A stretch of 63,307 nt of DNA, the filler included, from Octopus bimaculoides (taxonomy: Eukaryota): the NCBI RefSeq assembly GCF_001194135.2. It is 6 parts of 6 records of this genome, joined end to end, with 100 filler letters (N's around TTAATTAATTAA, not from the genome) between each part and the next. Parts side by side here need not be neighbours in the genome. Positions count along the whole stretch, not along the records: positions 1 to 14,106 come from NC_068985.1; positions 14,207 to 21,307 come from NC_068982.1; positions 21,408 to 42,556 come from NC_068984.1; 3 more parts are not named here. One strand, 5' to 3'. Made by a program: the position numbers and the translations under genes. Positions 13,971 through 26,033 of this stretch are shown in pieces; the first letter of the stretch is position 1; each line of letters begins with the position of its first letter. The notes below the pieces were generated by a model. The model ran no database searches, was not told where the DNA came from, and saw nothing but the letters and a program-made list of their open reading frames with translations.

Positions 13971-14102
13971 TACAGGGTGTCCACAAAGTCTGGGTACATG
14001 GGGATTGACACATACTTTAAGAAATTATTATTTCTTATATTTACTTGTTTATGTTATGATTTTATTTACTCCATGTACCCAGACCTTGTGGACGCCCTGT
14101 AT
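13971..14102. mobile_element. Tc1/mariner-type MITE
   Basis: TIRs of about 30 bp, cagggtgtccacaaagtctgggtacatgg and ccatgtacccagaccttgtggacgccctg, flanked by TA, with an AT-rich core. Confidence 0.85.
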
Positions 14103-14106
14103 ATAT

Positions 14107-14206
14107 NNNNNNNNNNNNNNNNNNNNNNNNNNNNNNNNNNNNNNNNNNNNTTAATTAATTAANNNNNNNNNNNNNNNNNNNNNNNNNNNNNNNNNNNNNN
14201 NNNNNN
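14107..14206. other. Scaffolding spacer: 44 N + TTAATTAATTAA + 44 N (also near 21352, 42601, 51407, 61374)
   Basis: The identical 12-mer is centred in five N gaps and carries stop codons in all six frames. Confidence 0.9.
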
Positions 14207-15476
14207 AAGGTGTATTTTCCGTCGCAAAAAAGTACGAAAATCTGTCAGCTAGAGGAAGAAGAGAATGCTGGAAGTTGGCGAGAAAGTACTGAGACTCGTG
14301 GCATTTTAAAGGTGAACTTTATGAAGACTAATTTATTGAAGGTATTATATAAATGTAGTATACAAAATTGCAAGCCTTCGTTCCTCCAAATTTATTTCCT
14401 TTCCAACTACAGTAGGCAACTTGATGTGCTGTTCGGCGTTTTTCCACCACCTGCAAACACTGACGCTGACAATTTTAACAACAGCTATATTCGCAGTTTC
14501 AAATACGCCTTGCAAACAGCCCCTTCACCAAACTTCACCATTGTCATCGATGCTGACAAAAGACTTCTGGGGAGCACGCACGCCGTTATAACGCTCCGTC
14601 GTGCAATGAATTGGCTGTACTTCTCCATGGTGAACAGCACAATAAGCGAGACATACTTATTTATAGCCGTGACAGTCGTCTTCAACTAGAGCTGATACAG
14701 TACGTGCGTGTCTTAAGTCATCCACATTGTGGCCCCTGGTGAAGACTCTCAAACTTAACTCTAACATGCGTGCTCATATGCGAGGTGACATAGCATCAGC
14801 AGAATTTTCAAACACCCTCCTTGCACTTGGCGAAGGCAAAACTTCCTGCGATGAAAAGAGTAATGTTGCCATCGATTCACTTTGTACTATTGTTAATACG
14901 CCTTCTGATCTCACGGATGCAGTGTTCCCAGATCTCCAGGCAAATTATCAGAATATGGATTGGATTGGCCAAAGGGCTATTCTGGCCCCGAAGAATAAAA
15001 CTATAAACCATATTAATTATCAAATGCTAAAACTCATTCCTAGGGATTGCTATATATATAAGTCTATCGATAGAACTCATTCGAAATTTGGTTCCGCCGA
15101 AACAATGCAATGGGACACGTTTGATCGTTAAGTTCTTATCTCCCGATCTAATTGAGGCCACAATAATCACAGGGTGCGNNNNNNNNNNCTCCCGATCTAA
15201 TTGAGGCCACAATAATCACAGGGTGCGGTGGAGGCAACGTTGTGCTCATACCGAGGATGCATCTTTTCCCATCAGGAGCAGGCCTACCTTTCACATTTCG
15301 GAGGTTGCAGTTTCCAGTCAGGCCATGCTTCGCAATGTCAATTAACAAAGCACAAGGGCAAACGCTGTCTGTCGCGAGAATACATTTGGGGGCGCCGTCT
15401 TTCTCTCATAGTCAGTTTTACGTTGGCTGCTCGCCAAGGAAAAACAAAATGCATTGTGTACAAGGTGGTTTTATAG
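14207..15476 (+). mobile_element. Helitron Rep/helicase remnant with large internal deletions
   Basis: Rep-side motifs TIVIDADKR and GEHARRYNAPSCNELAVLLHGEQHNKRDILIYSRDSRLQ (frameshifted) join directly to PIF1-helicase motifs LWPLVKTLKLNSNMRAH, RAILAPKN and RRLQFPVRPCFAMSINKAQGQTL...FSHSQFYVGCS, ending CIVYKVVL*. Confidence 0.9.
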
Positions 15477-17025
15477 GATTACTTCGCTTCCTAATTTTAT
15501 AACTTTTTCTAATTTTTTTCTAATTTTTGTCTTTTCGTCAGTAATTTCTAAGTAGGTGTAGGTTAATATTCATTGCAGTTCACTTGACACTTCCAACCAT
15601 CAGCTGTAAAAAGGCTGATTCTCGCGGCGTTACAAAGCTTCATTACAAGTCAGACCCTGCTCAAAAATCAGCTGTTCTTCCTCACCAACCCCCATTCGGC
15701 GGGCATCGGAGGACCATGGACACGTTACTATTTCACTTCCGTACGACTCTCAAACAGTCAACAATGCTTTTATGACAACATTTACATTTTTAGGCGGTTC
15801 CCTGCAATTACTTCACACTTCACCAACACCTGACCTCCGCTCAGCTCTATTTCCCTCCCTTCGTCAGCACAGCAGCCTCATCTTCTACATCCGACGTACA
15901 TGAAATATCTCCCCCTTCCATCTCCTCTCTCAACATTACAGTTTACATCAGCGGCAACAGGATCGCAACATACAATTTGAAAACCAAGCAATATATCGTT
16001 TTATACAACAAATGTAATCATAACGACGATCAATGAAACAAATGGATGAAAATAATTACATGAAGTAACTATCTCTTACACACCATTACAATTTACATCA
16101 AATAACAAAACTTCAAAAGTCGATAAAACTAAATACATACATCCTCTCTCTCACCATTATATTCTACACCATTACATTTTACATCAAATGCAAAATATTC
16201 AAAAGTATCAGGTCATTTTACACAACATCTCCATGACAGAGGTGTTGTGATTCATCTATTCAGCACCACTACACTCTTGCCGGTCTGACATATAGTGAGT
16301 AGATACTATTGTTGTATATTTTCAAACTTACCCGTATTTACTTACCCATGATTAATCCCCCTCTTTCCTCCACAGAGCATGAAGTTTTGTAACAGCACGT
16401 CCGCTGCCGTTGGTGGAAAAGGAACACGCCGTATTCACCTGCAAACGTTTTACACACCCTTCCAGGACTACCTACCAAATTGTTACAATTGTGAGAACGA
16501 TAACAGCCTTTTCAGGGCCACTTCACATTCTATTGTTAACCCTTCTCAGAGTGTTGCAATGCTCTTTGCAGGGCTTTCTATCCAATTGCAAATCGATTGG
16601 CTGGGCGTTAAGTTATATCAATCTTTGCCTCAATAATCATAATTGAGCAGAATCATTAACAGTACTTTAAAGCAATTCAGCCCCGAGCAACGCCGGGCAC
16701 TTCTGCTAGTCTTCTATATAAATGAAGCTATATCTTTTAATTTACTGCTTTTTTTCACAAGAACTGAGAAGATACATAGCGGAATTGTTATTTTAACGAG
16801 TTGTATCTCTTTATCATCCGACGAGATACGTCTGCACCGTCGGATGCTCCTGAACCAGTTGTTAAGTATCCCATCCGTGAGGGATCGATGCTACATGTGC
16901 CGAAACAATTGCGGTGATTAATAAAAACTTATTTTCGTATTTTCCATCTTCCGTCTCTCATTAACCATATATATATATATATATACATATATATTTCCAT
17001 TGCTTCATCAATAAGGACTAGCTCC

Positions 17026-17080
17026 AGTTCTACCGATGAGGCAACGGAAATTACCGAAACTGAATTCAGTATAAGGAACT
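17026..17080 (+). ncRNA. Minimal type I hammerhead ribozyme motif, copy 1 (U4C variant)
   Basis: agttcta-CCGATGA-ggcaac-ggaa-attacc-GAAA-ctgaattcag-TA|taaggaact. Stem I, stem II with GGAA loop and palindromic stem III (ACTGAATTCAGT) are present, with predicted GUA cleavage after 17071. Confidence 0.75.
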
Positions 17081-17358
17081 CTCGAACGGCGTTTTCGGAC
17101 GATTATAGCCCCTGTCTGTACAAAATTATGTCTTGACTACAGCATTAGCGTATTTTAGCCCTTAATTCTAGCAATGCATGTTTCTAAGTCAATTATAGTA
17201 ATAACTATAGTTTTCCTTTTTTACACAAACTGGCAAACTGGTGTATATTTTAATCTTATGTATACACATTAGCGATTCGCTAAATCATCCATAGATTTCT
17301 ATGATGAAAGCATATATACCGACAGAGAAGTAAGTCCAAAATCTGCCGAAGTAGAGCC

Positions 17359-17414
17359 AGTTCTTACTGATGAAGCAACAGAAATTGTCAAAACTGAATT
17401 CAGTATAAAGAATT
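17359..17414 (+). ncRNA. Minimal type I hammerhead ribozyme motif, copy 2 (GAAA to AAAA, probably inactive)
   Basis: agttctta-CTGATGA-agcaac-agaa-attgtc-AAAA-ctgaattcag-TA|taaagaatt. Same architecture as copy 1, offset by 334 nt. Confidence 0.7.
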
Positions 17415-17532
17415 CTCCAATGGCGTTTTTATGTACAGAATTATATGCGTTGACTATAGCATTAGAGCATTTTAGCTCTTATTTCTAACAATGTTTGTGT
17501 TTCGAACACCTAAGTCGCATTTAGTGACAACG

Positions 17533-17608
<76 letters not shown>

Positions 17609-17849
17609 ACACACATACACGCACCCATACACACACACACACACGCACACACATGCACATGTTGAGCGCAACTTGATTTCGAGCAATACCATCGCTTGAT
17701 GGTTACATAAACATGAGCAGCACAGATATGGCTTTTTGACCCTACTAAAGACATGCACTCTTTTTCAAAGTTGTGGCAATGATGTGCACCTTTTGTAACG
17801 TCGCACATACAAACATACATACACATATAGATACATATACATATATATA

Positions 17850-18555
17850 CGTTATAATCAGAGTAGCATAGTAAATATTAAACATAATAGCGTCACGCGG
17901 AATAAAAAGAGAACTCAAATAAAAGATAACACTAAGAATTTAAAAGTCGCTGAAAGCGAAACAATCCAGTTTAACGTAGTTAATAATGCCGAATCGAATA
18001 AAAATTCAGCTAGAAGTAGTACAAAGATAACGTTATCTTAAGGAGTAAATACTAATAAAGAACTTGGTTGAAATGAATTTGATTCTATCATGAATGATCA
18101 AATTAAAACTAAATCTGAGAGAAATATAAAAATCTTTGCAATTGTTCTAAACGGGAATCCTGTAATGTGAAAAATAAGCATAAGCCTAAAAATGTAATAT
18201 ATAAATGTAAGGTTACATCTGAGGGTAATGAATGCTTTTACATCGATATGACATCATTAATTTACAAGAGGAGACTGGAAAATCATTTTAGTTCACTTAG
18301 AGATAAAAATAATAGATTGCAAACGGTTCTTAGCAAATTAATCTGATCTGTTAAAGACAGAAACAAAGATAATATTATCAATTGGGAATTAATTTGTACT
18401 GCAAACCCTTACAAACCTGGAACTAAAACATGTGACCTAGTGTTTAGAAGAATTCTACCAGATTGTTACATCCAAATGTAATGTAATAAATTCTAGATAA
18501 GAAGCTTTGCGATGCTTGCACATGAGGAAATTCACATTTGCTCAGTATAAATGAA
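17850..18555 (+). mobile_element. Penelope-like element remnant (linker plus GIY-YIG endonuclease), pseudogenised
   Basis: CNCSKRESC...NVIYKCKVT...FYIDMT...YKRRLENHFSS...LSKLI*SVKD...WELICTANPYKPGTKTCDL/CLEE...INSR...CLH. This is the Cys-flanked GIY-YIG layout of Penelope-type ORFs, with a stop and a frameshift. Confidence 0.8.
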
Positions 18556-18730
18556 TAATAAACATTCCAACAACAGAATGGTTTGAAATAATGGATTGAA
18601 AGGGAGACTGTTTGCGTTTAACCTTGCGGACAACTCTACATCATACAATGTAGAGTAGATAAACGAAAAACTTTAAACAGTTAAATCGAAAGCTAATAAG
18701 TAAAGACCCTGAAGAAACTGCATTTATATA

Positions 18731-18761
<31 letters not shown>

Positions 18762-18989
18762 NNNNNNNNNNNNNNNNNNNNNNNNNNNNNNNNNNNNNNN
18801 NNNNNNNNNNNNNNNNNNNNNNNNNNNNNNNNNNNNNNNNNNNNNNNNNNNNNNNNNNNNNNNNNNNNNNNNNNNNNNNNNNNNNNNNNNNNNNNNNNNN
18901 NNNNNNNNNNNNNNNNNNNNNNNNNNNNNNNNGCTCCAGCATGGCCACAGTCAAATGACTAAAACAAGTAAATGAGTAAATAAATGAGT

Positions 18990-19215
18990 AAAGGTCCTTT
19001 CCGAGCTATAGGCTGATGAGGCCGAAATGCTGTGGCGTGTATACTCCCCGCCAGTCCGTCGCAAGATTTCACATTTTTGCCAGCTGGGTAGACTTGTTCG
19101 ATATGAAGCTATGTGTTTTTTTCTTTTAAACCAGGATGCATTGCCTGGCCCAAGAATCGAAGCCATAACCTTACGATCGTGAGTCCGTCTCTCTAACCAC
19201 TAAGCCAAGCAGCTT
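18990..19215 (-). mobile_element. Degenerate tRNA-derived SINE
   Basis: Minus strand reads ggaagctgcttggcttagtggttagag...cacgatcgtaaggttatggcttcgattc, with A-box and B-box-like motifs. Confidence 0.65.
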
Positions 19216-21152
19216 CCAAGCTTCACCACTAATTCAGTTCTCAACTAAATTGCAAACTGTTAATAGTTTTAAAGAGGACACCTTCTCAGCTACACTTTGG
19301 CATAAATAGTTTGAGATTTTGTTCATTAGAAAAAAGTTACATCAAAATATCTGCGACCCCAACGGGGGCAATAATGTAAATATTCATCTTCAATTAATAT
19401 AATTTTTTTAATTTTAAATTAAAGTATACTTTCCTTAGGTTTAAATGATAGAAAAATGCATGAGGAATTCGGAATCCTTAGTCGCATGCATACATACACT
19501 TAAATATTTGTGCTTATAACCATATATGTTTTCCAGCTCTTTTCTGTGTCTAATTATTGAACTGTTAAGAGTTTTAGTCTCTTATTCACATTACTTGCTT
19601 CTTCATATTCCGAGAGAAAAAAATCTCTATTTTTACTTGTGCCTATTTTCCATCTTTCTTCCTCCACCTGGTCCTTGGGTACCAGATGGAGGTTGATAAA
19701 CCAGGGTGCAGAGTTCACTTTGCTGAAAACTTTCACACCTGATCTCCACTTCCATCCTCGCCCACGCTTTTCCTGCATACATTGTCGGCAGGTGTTCAGG
19801 ATGGGCATCAACCACATCACTCTAGGAGGGCTTACAAAGGTTATGAACACTGCTCTCCTTCATCCTGTAAATAAACTTTGGCTGAAACTAGAGAAGGCAA
19901 TTCAAAACGGAAGAATTTGAGGGGAAATATCTATAATGAATACGTAAATATGCATAAAACCAAAGTCGCAGTCTTTGGGTAGAACTGTTGCTTATAATAA
20001 TTTGTTTTATCTGTTTCATCTTTATATCGATAGATTTGACAATACAGTGGTTTCAGTACTTAAGAATTGTGGAATTAGAAGTAAGCTCTCACATTATTAT
20101 AGTAACAATTATTTCCTTGTTGAGCCATGTGAGACCTTTTATGTGATCGACGGGCTTCCTAGAAACAACAGCCAAATATCTCTCATATCATATACCACCT
20201 TCAAAGAATAATGAACAGTATATAATGTAAGCATCCCTAAATGATGTGGGGAAATATGAATGTCAAGTTCCATCTCCTTCTCTCTCTCTATCTCTCTCTC
20301 TCTATCTCTCTCTCTCTCTCTCTATCTCTCTCTTTCTCTTTTCTCTCTCTCTCTATCTATTTATTTCTCACTCTCACTCTCCCTCTCTTTCATCACTCTC
20401 ACTCTTACCCTCTCTCTTCTTTCATCCGGTTTTCATGTGCCATACTTGCATTCAACATTGACCTCCATAGGAAAGATACGGTAGGTTTTTTTCTTGTTAC
20501 TTCCTTTAACGGTTTATCTATAGTTTGCTATTCTAATCTCCTGCTTCTTTGTGATTACATTGGAGGCGCACGGCTTATATACATATATATATATGCGTAT
20601 GAATGTGTGTATGTGCGTGTATGCATGTATATATGTATGCATATGAATTCAAAAATATATATGCATACATACATATTAGAGATAGATTCGCACACACATA
20701 TGTACGTGTGCGTGTGTGCGTGTGTGTGTGTTTGTATGTATGTATATATGTATTTCTAAATCTCTCGGAGATTTATGCAGTAGCGGCACAATAAAGTGAT
20801 AGTATGTTGTCAACTTAATGTGACAGTCTCTTGAAACAATAGCATTCTTCCCTTTCAAGGGACTGTCACATCAAGTTGACAAAATACTATCGCTTTGTAT
20901 ATGTATGTATATTAATTAATTCAAAAGTATATACATACATACATACATACATATTAGACATAGATTCGCACACACATACGTACGTAATTGCGTGTGTTTG
21001 TGTACGCGCGCGCCTGCATGTGCGTGTGTGTGTCTGTGTGTATGCTGCATGTGTACCAGTATATTTTTATGTGAATATATTGATAGATAGATAGATGGAT
21101 GGACAGGCAGACAGACAGAGGAACAGACAAACAGACAAATAGACATACAGAC

Positions 21153-21221
<69 letters not shown>

Positions 21222-21300
21222 CATTTCTTTTATTAGCCACACAGGGCTCAACGAAGATGGGACAAATACAATGTAGAGCTTTTCTTTTTGGAAGGGGGAA
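21222..21300 (-). mobile_element. Probable 3' tip of a LINE, followed on minus by (TATC)n
   Basis: Minus reads aaagctctacattgtatttgtcccatc...gccctgtgtggctaataaaagaaat, a poly(A)-signal-like end running into the GATA microsatellite. Family assignment (L1/Tx1-like) is a guess from recognition only. Confidence 0.4.
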
Positions 21301-21415
21301 AGGAAGGNNNNNNNNNNNNNNNNNNNNNNNNNNNNNNNNNNNNNNNNNNNNTTAATTAATTAANNNNNNNNNNNNNNNNNNNNNNNNNNNNNNNNNNNNN
21401 NNNNNNNTTCTTCTT

Positions 21416-21544
<129 letters not shown>

Positions 21545-21545
21545 T

Positions 21546-24500
21546 TTCAGTAGTTTTATTTCAATAACGTACTTTCACTTCACTACCGAGCGCAGCTCTG
21601 TGTGCCTTGGGCATGTGCTGTGGTTTGCTTTGATGCTCTAATGGTTACTGTATTGAAAGTGTTTTGCGGAGCATGTATACAGTGCCCAGTAGTGCAATTT
21701 TCTGTATGTTATATATACTTGTAAGTCTTGTATTTTTTTGTTATTGCATTTGTCTGAATATTTTTTTTATCATACCTAAAGCACCTACTATGATAGGAAT
21801 TGTTTCTGTTTTTAGATCCCACATTCGAGTAACCTATATTACCAGGTCTTTGTATTTTGAAAGTTTCTCCATTTCTTTTAGGGAAATGTTGTCATCTGCT
21901 GGTATTGATACATCAATTAGAAAGCATTTATTCTTCATGACCTCTGACAACTATATCTGGCCTAGTGGCATTAATTTCTCTATCTTTGTGTATTGGCTTA
22001 TCTTAGAGTATGGTTGCATTTTCGTTTTCTGTGACCTCTTCTTGCGTGTGCCTATACCATATTTTTCTGTTGTTATTCCATAATGTTGGCATAGCTTCCA
22101 GTGTATGTGGGTCCAGTTCTGTCGTGTCTGTGAATATATTCATTCTTAGCCAGGATTGAGCAGCGAGAGCTAATACGATATTTTTGTTTCTTGTCCATCT
22201 CTACGTATTCTGCAGTTACTTGTTATATTTCTGTTCACTATATTTTCTTGGCAATTTCTAGTGGGGAGGCTTTGGCTTTGTGCTGCAATTAAAAATCCTT
22301 CAGTCTCTGCCTTGACTCCTGAGCTTCTCAACCATTGCTGGGATTTTTCTCTGTCTATTTTTTTATTTTTTTGCATTTAGTTTAGCCCAGTATTTGCCAT
22401 GAAGGGGCTTTTCTTGACATCGTTTTATCATGGTCCGTTTCTGTTGAAGATTTAGTTTGTTTTATAGCTTTTGTTGTTTCTTCTTCTTCTTCTTCTTCTT
22501 CTTCTTCTTCTTCTTCTTCTTCTTCTTCTTCTTCTTCTTCTTCTTCTTCTTCTTCTTCTTTGTTAGGTAGTATGATTTCTAGTTTGTATTTGTCAGCTTC
22601 CTTAAATACTGAAAAGAGTTTTTTGATCTGCTCGTGTTTTGTGGCTATTTGTAGTAGTTTTCCATGCTTCTAAAATAGTATTTTTGCAGTCCTATGGTGG
22701 TTATTTTATAATAGTATTCCAGCTGTATAAGGCCTCTACCAACATATATAGCCTTTCTATGTCAGATTTTGGGCGGTGCATCCTAGATCTTGTCATTATT
22801 TGTCTTTTTTTCCTGTCTATTTTAGTTAGTTCATTTAGTGTCCAGTTAAGGATATTGTAGCTGTAACTTATAACTGGGACGGCTTAACTGTTAATACTTA
22901 TTATCTTGATTCTAGCATTGAGCTCTCTTTTCAGTATTGGTCAACTCGTCTATAGTATTCTTTCTTTATTTTCTGTTTCATTTGTGTGTGTTGTATCCTA
23001 TCCATTTCATTGATTCTTAAATATTTGTATGTCTGGCTTTGGTTCAATTCTCGTATTTCGCTGGTTTTATCTAATGTGATGTTGCTACTCTTAACTAGTT
23101 TTCCTTGTTTCAGGGTTGCTTTGGCACATTTTTCTAATCCAAATTTCATACCTATTTCTGTAGTTAGATTTCAATTGTTTGTTTTGTTCAAAGAAACGTT
23201 GGCGTTTTTCATANNNNNNNNNNNNNNNNNNNNNNNNNNNNNNNNNNNNNNNNNNNNNNNNNNNNNNNNNNNNNNNNNNNNNNGCTTTGGCAAGGATATC
23301 TTGCTTTAGCTTTTCTTTTACCTCAGGCAAATATTTTTCTGTAATGTTGTATTTGCACAGTATTTTTGTTTTCTTCTTGTTACTTAGTAGTGTTGATTGT
23401 CTACTAATTTCGTTAAGAATCGACAGACCTTTTCTCTTTTTTTTTTCATTTAAAAAATTTTTTTGACATTATTTATCCGCAAGGTTTGTTTGGGTGGTGG
23501 AATTCCTGTTTGAATGGGTTTGAGGGAGTATTCTCCTTCTTGTGTGGCTGCAGTGGCTTCTGCATATATTATGTCATTTAGCTCTGTGATATTGCCAGTT
23601 GTTTCTGTGGCTGTTACTTCCGTGACGGCCAGGTCTTTGCTCTTTACTATCGATGTTGTTTTATTGTCTATTTTGATTTGTTAGAGTTATACTCGGTGGT
23701 CCATCCTTAGATCTGTGGTTTTCAGTTCTTTGATTATTCTCATTTGTATATCATAATCATTAGGTTCTCCTTCACTGTGGTGTTCTGGAGTGGTGCTTTT
23801 TGTATGTTATTACACATTCCTATGGTCTGGGTTTGCTGCTTTTTGTTTACTTCATTTTTGTTGAAAATGTTACGTTTGTCTTCGTGTTTTACTATCTCAG
23901 TGTTTATATTATTTGGCATTGTTGTATGACTACTATCTACTTTTTCCTGGTGTACTTTTCCTTTTGATTGTTGTATTTCTATTTCCGATATTTTTTTTTT
24001 TTTTTGCTTTGAGAATATATCTTATATGTTAGCTAGTTTATTAGGTTCATTGCTGTATTCAAGTCTTTATTTTGTTTTTTTCTTCCATATTTTATATGTA
24101 TATGTTGTTGAGTTTTCGTTCTTAGGGTAGAGCACTGCTGTAAAATAAGCGTGTAGGATTGAAATATATTCCTCACGTGTCCATTTATGCCTTTTTGGTT
24201 TTATTTGCGGGATATGAGAAACAACGTCCGGCCCTTTTCTTCGACTGTCATCATTTTCGTAAGGTACCGGTCCATTCATTTCTGTTGTCAAATTGTTTTG
24301 CACGTGTAGTTTTTCGTACGTTTTATCTAACAAGTTTAAAGTACGCACTTCCCGATTGTTATTCTTGGGTTGAATAATACCGGTATTATTTAATTTATTT
24401 GCAATTTTTTGTACATGGTGTTTGGGGCCGGAGATGGTGTGGTGTTGATGGATTGTAATATATCAAGCGTGTTTACAAGTGCTGTGCGAGCAGTGGAGAT

Positions 24501-24690
24501 GATATCTAGTTAAAATACATCAGTTCATTTAGAAAATAGAAATAAATTTCAATACGTATTACTTACACGGATATAGTCCAACCTTTTTGTCAGCGATGTT
24601 TGGCTCCATGCGATGTCTTTATTTCCGATGTTTTTGGATAAATTTCTGAGCAGTGTTTTATCGCTCTCACATTTTAAATCGTCCGCAGCG
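21546..24690 (-). mobile_element. R4/Dong-like RLE non-LTR retrotransposon with both ends retained and the RT core deleted, decayed
   Basis: N-terminal KRHKWTREEYISILHAYF, then MKFGLEKCAKATLKQGKL...YKYLRINE, then LRSSGVKAETEGFLIAAQSQSLPTRN. The RLE region reads TRPDIVV...EKLSKYKDL...IPIIVGALG...QKIALLGT. Flanked by (TAA)n on both sides. Confidence 0.88.
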
Positions 24691-24700
24691 TCTTATTATA

Positions 24701-24752
<52 letters not shown>

Positions 24753-24789
24753 GTTTTTTTTTTAATTAAGACTATGTCCGGTTTCCTAT

Positions 24790-24970
24790 TCTCTATCTAA
24801 TTGTCGGACTGAATCATAAAATTCCATAGGATCTTTGCATTTCCATTTTCGACATTGTCTTCAGGTTTGTGGTCATCAAGTCCATAGTTGTTGCAAAGTG
24901 TCCAATGGACAAGGCTTGCTATATTGTCGTGGCGTCTCTTATGTTCCTTCTGGGCTAGTGGCGTACATGC

Positions 24971-24972
<2 letters not shown>
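24790..24972 (-). mobile_element. R4/Dong-like fragment (CCHC zinc-knuckle to RLE region), second subfamily
   Basis: Minus reads ACTPLAQKEHKRRHDNIASLVHWTLCNNYGLDDHKPEDNVENGNAKILW, bounded by (TTA)n on both sides. Confidence 0.8.
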
Positions 24973-25041
<69 letters not shown>

Positions 25042-25074
25042 TATTATTTTATGTTTGACTTTTGCTTTGCATTT

Positions 25075-25385
25075 GTACAAGTTGGATCCAAGTCTCATCC
25101 AGAGACCTAAAGAGACAACAAGTTAGAAGACCATGTAAGTGTTGTGCCTAGGATACCATATATTTCGAATTGTACATTGTGTTCTAGAGAATGTTTAAGA
25201 AACCATAAGAAAATTATGTGTTAGTTTTAAAATTTGAGATCACATAGACTGTATTTTACGTAGGATATGGGCAGTTCCCATGAGCACTATCTTTTGAACT
25301 TCAGCCATTTTGGGGTTTCCTGGTATCTGAGCTAGGTAGTAATCAGCCCGTTTCGCTGTCATTCTCAGGGCACCTATGACAATCA
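25075..25385 (-). mobile_element. R4/Dong-like 3' end, distinct subfamily
   Basis: Minus reads IVIGALRMTAKRADYYLAQIPGNPKMAEVQKIVLMGTAHILRKIQSM*, with a 3' UTR different from the 21.5 kb copy. Bounded by (TTA)n. Confidence 0.8.
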
Positions 25386-25410
25386 CCATCATAATCATTA
25401 TTATTATTAC

Positions 25411-25465
<55 letters not shown>

Positions 25466-25928
25466 ATTATTATTTGTTTTTTTATAATTAAACAGCTGTT
25501 TAGTCATCAAAAATATTTTTCAATTTCAAGTTAAACATAGCCCTTGGAATTACTTTTTCTCCGACCAGCTATCAGATATAACAGTTTAAGTGTCCACGTG
25601 ACGGCTGGAATGTCTGCAATGATTTTAATGTCAATGAAAAGAAATAGCCATCATTTTACACTGAGATATTTAGGTAGTAATATCAATTCCAACTAGCAAG
25701 CAGAGTTAATCAATTTCAGCGTAATATGTTAAATATATAAATTCACATAGAATATATTACAAGACTGGGAAAAACATATTCGTATACACACAAAAAATGT
25801 AATATACTGAACACTTTCCTTTTGTTATTAAATTTATTAAGGAACACAACCATATCAGTGTGGTCCATTCTAAATAGTTTTAATATACATGTCAGTGCAA
25901 ATAGTATGAAGTAGAAAATTTAATCTCC

Positions 25929-25959
<31 letters not shown>

Positions 25960-25972
25960 AATAGTAATGAGG

Positions 25973-26033
<61 letters not shown>

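Noticed and set aside
15140-15230. Apparent tandem duplication around a 10-N gap (also 45470-45625)
   Set aside because: The identical sequence on both sides of a 10-N gap is an unmerged contig overlap.
19554-19920. Overlapping ORFs in non-repetitive sequence
   Set aside because: No recognisable domain or splice signals; probably an old transposon remnant that I cannot assign.
24540-24690. Search for an HDV-like ribozyme at the 5' end of the Dong-like element
   Set aside because: I could not build the nested double pseudoknot by eye; it needs a descriptor search.
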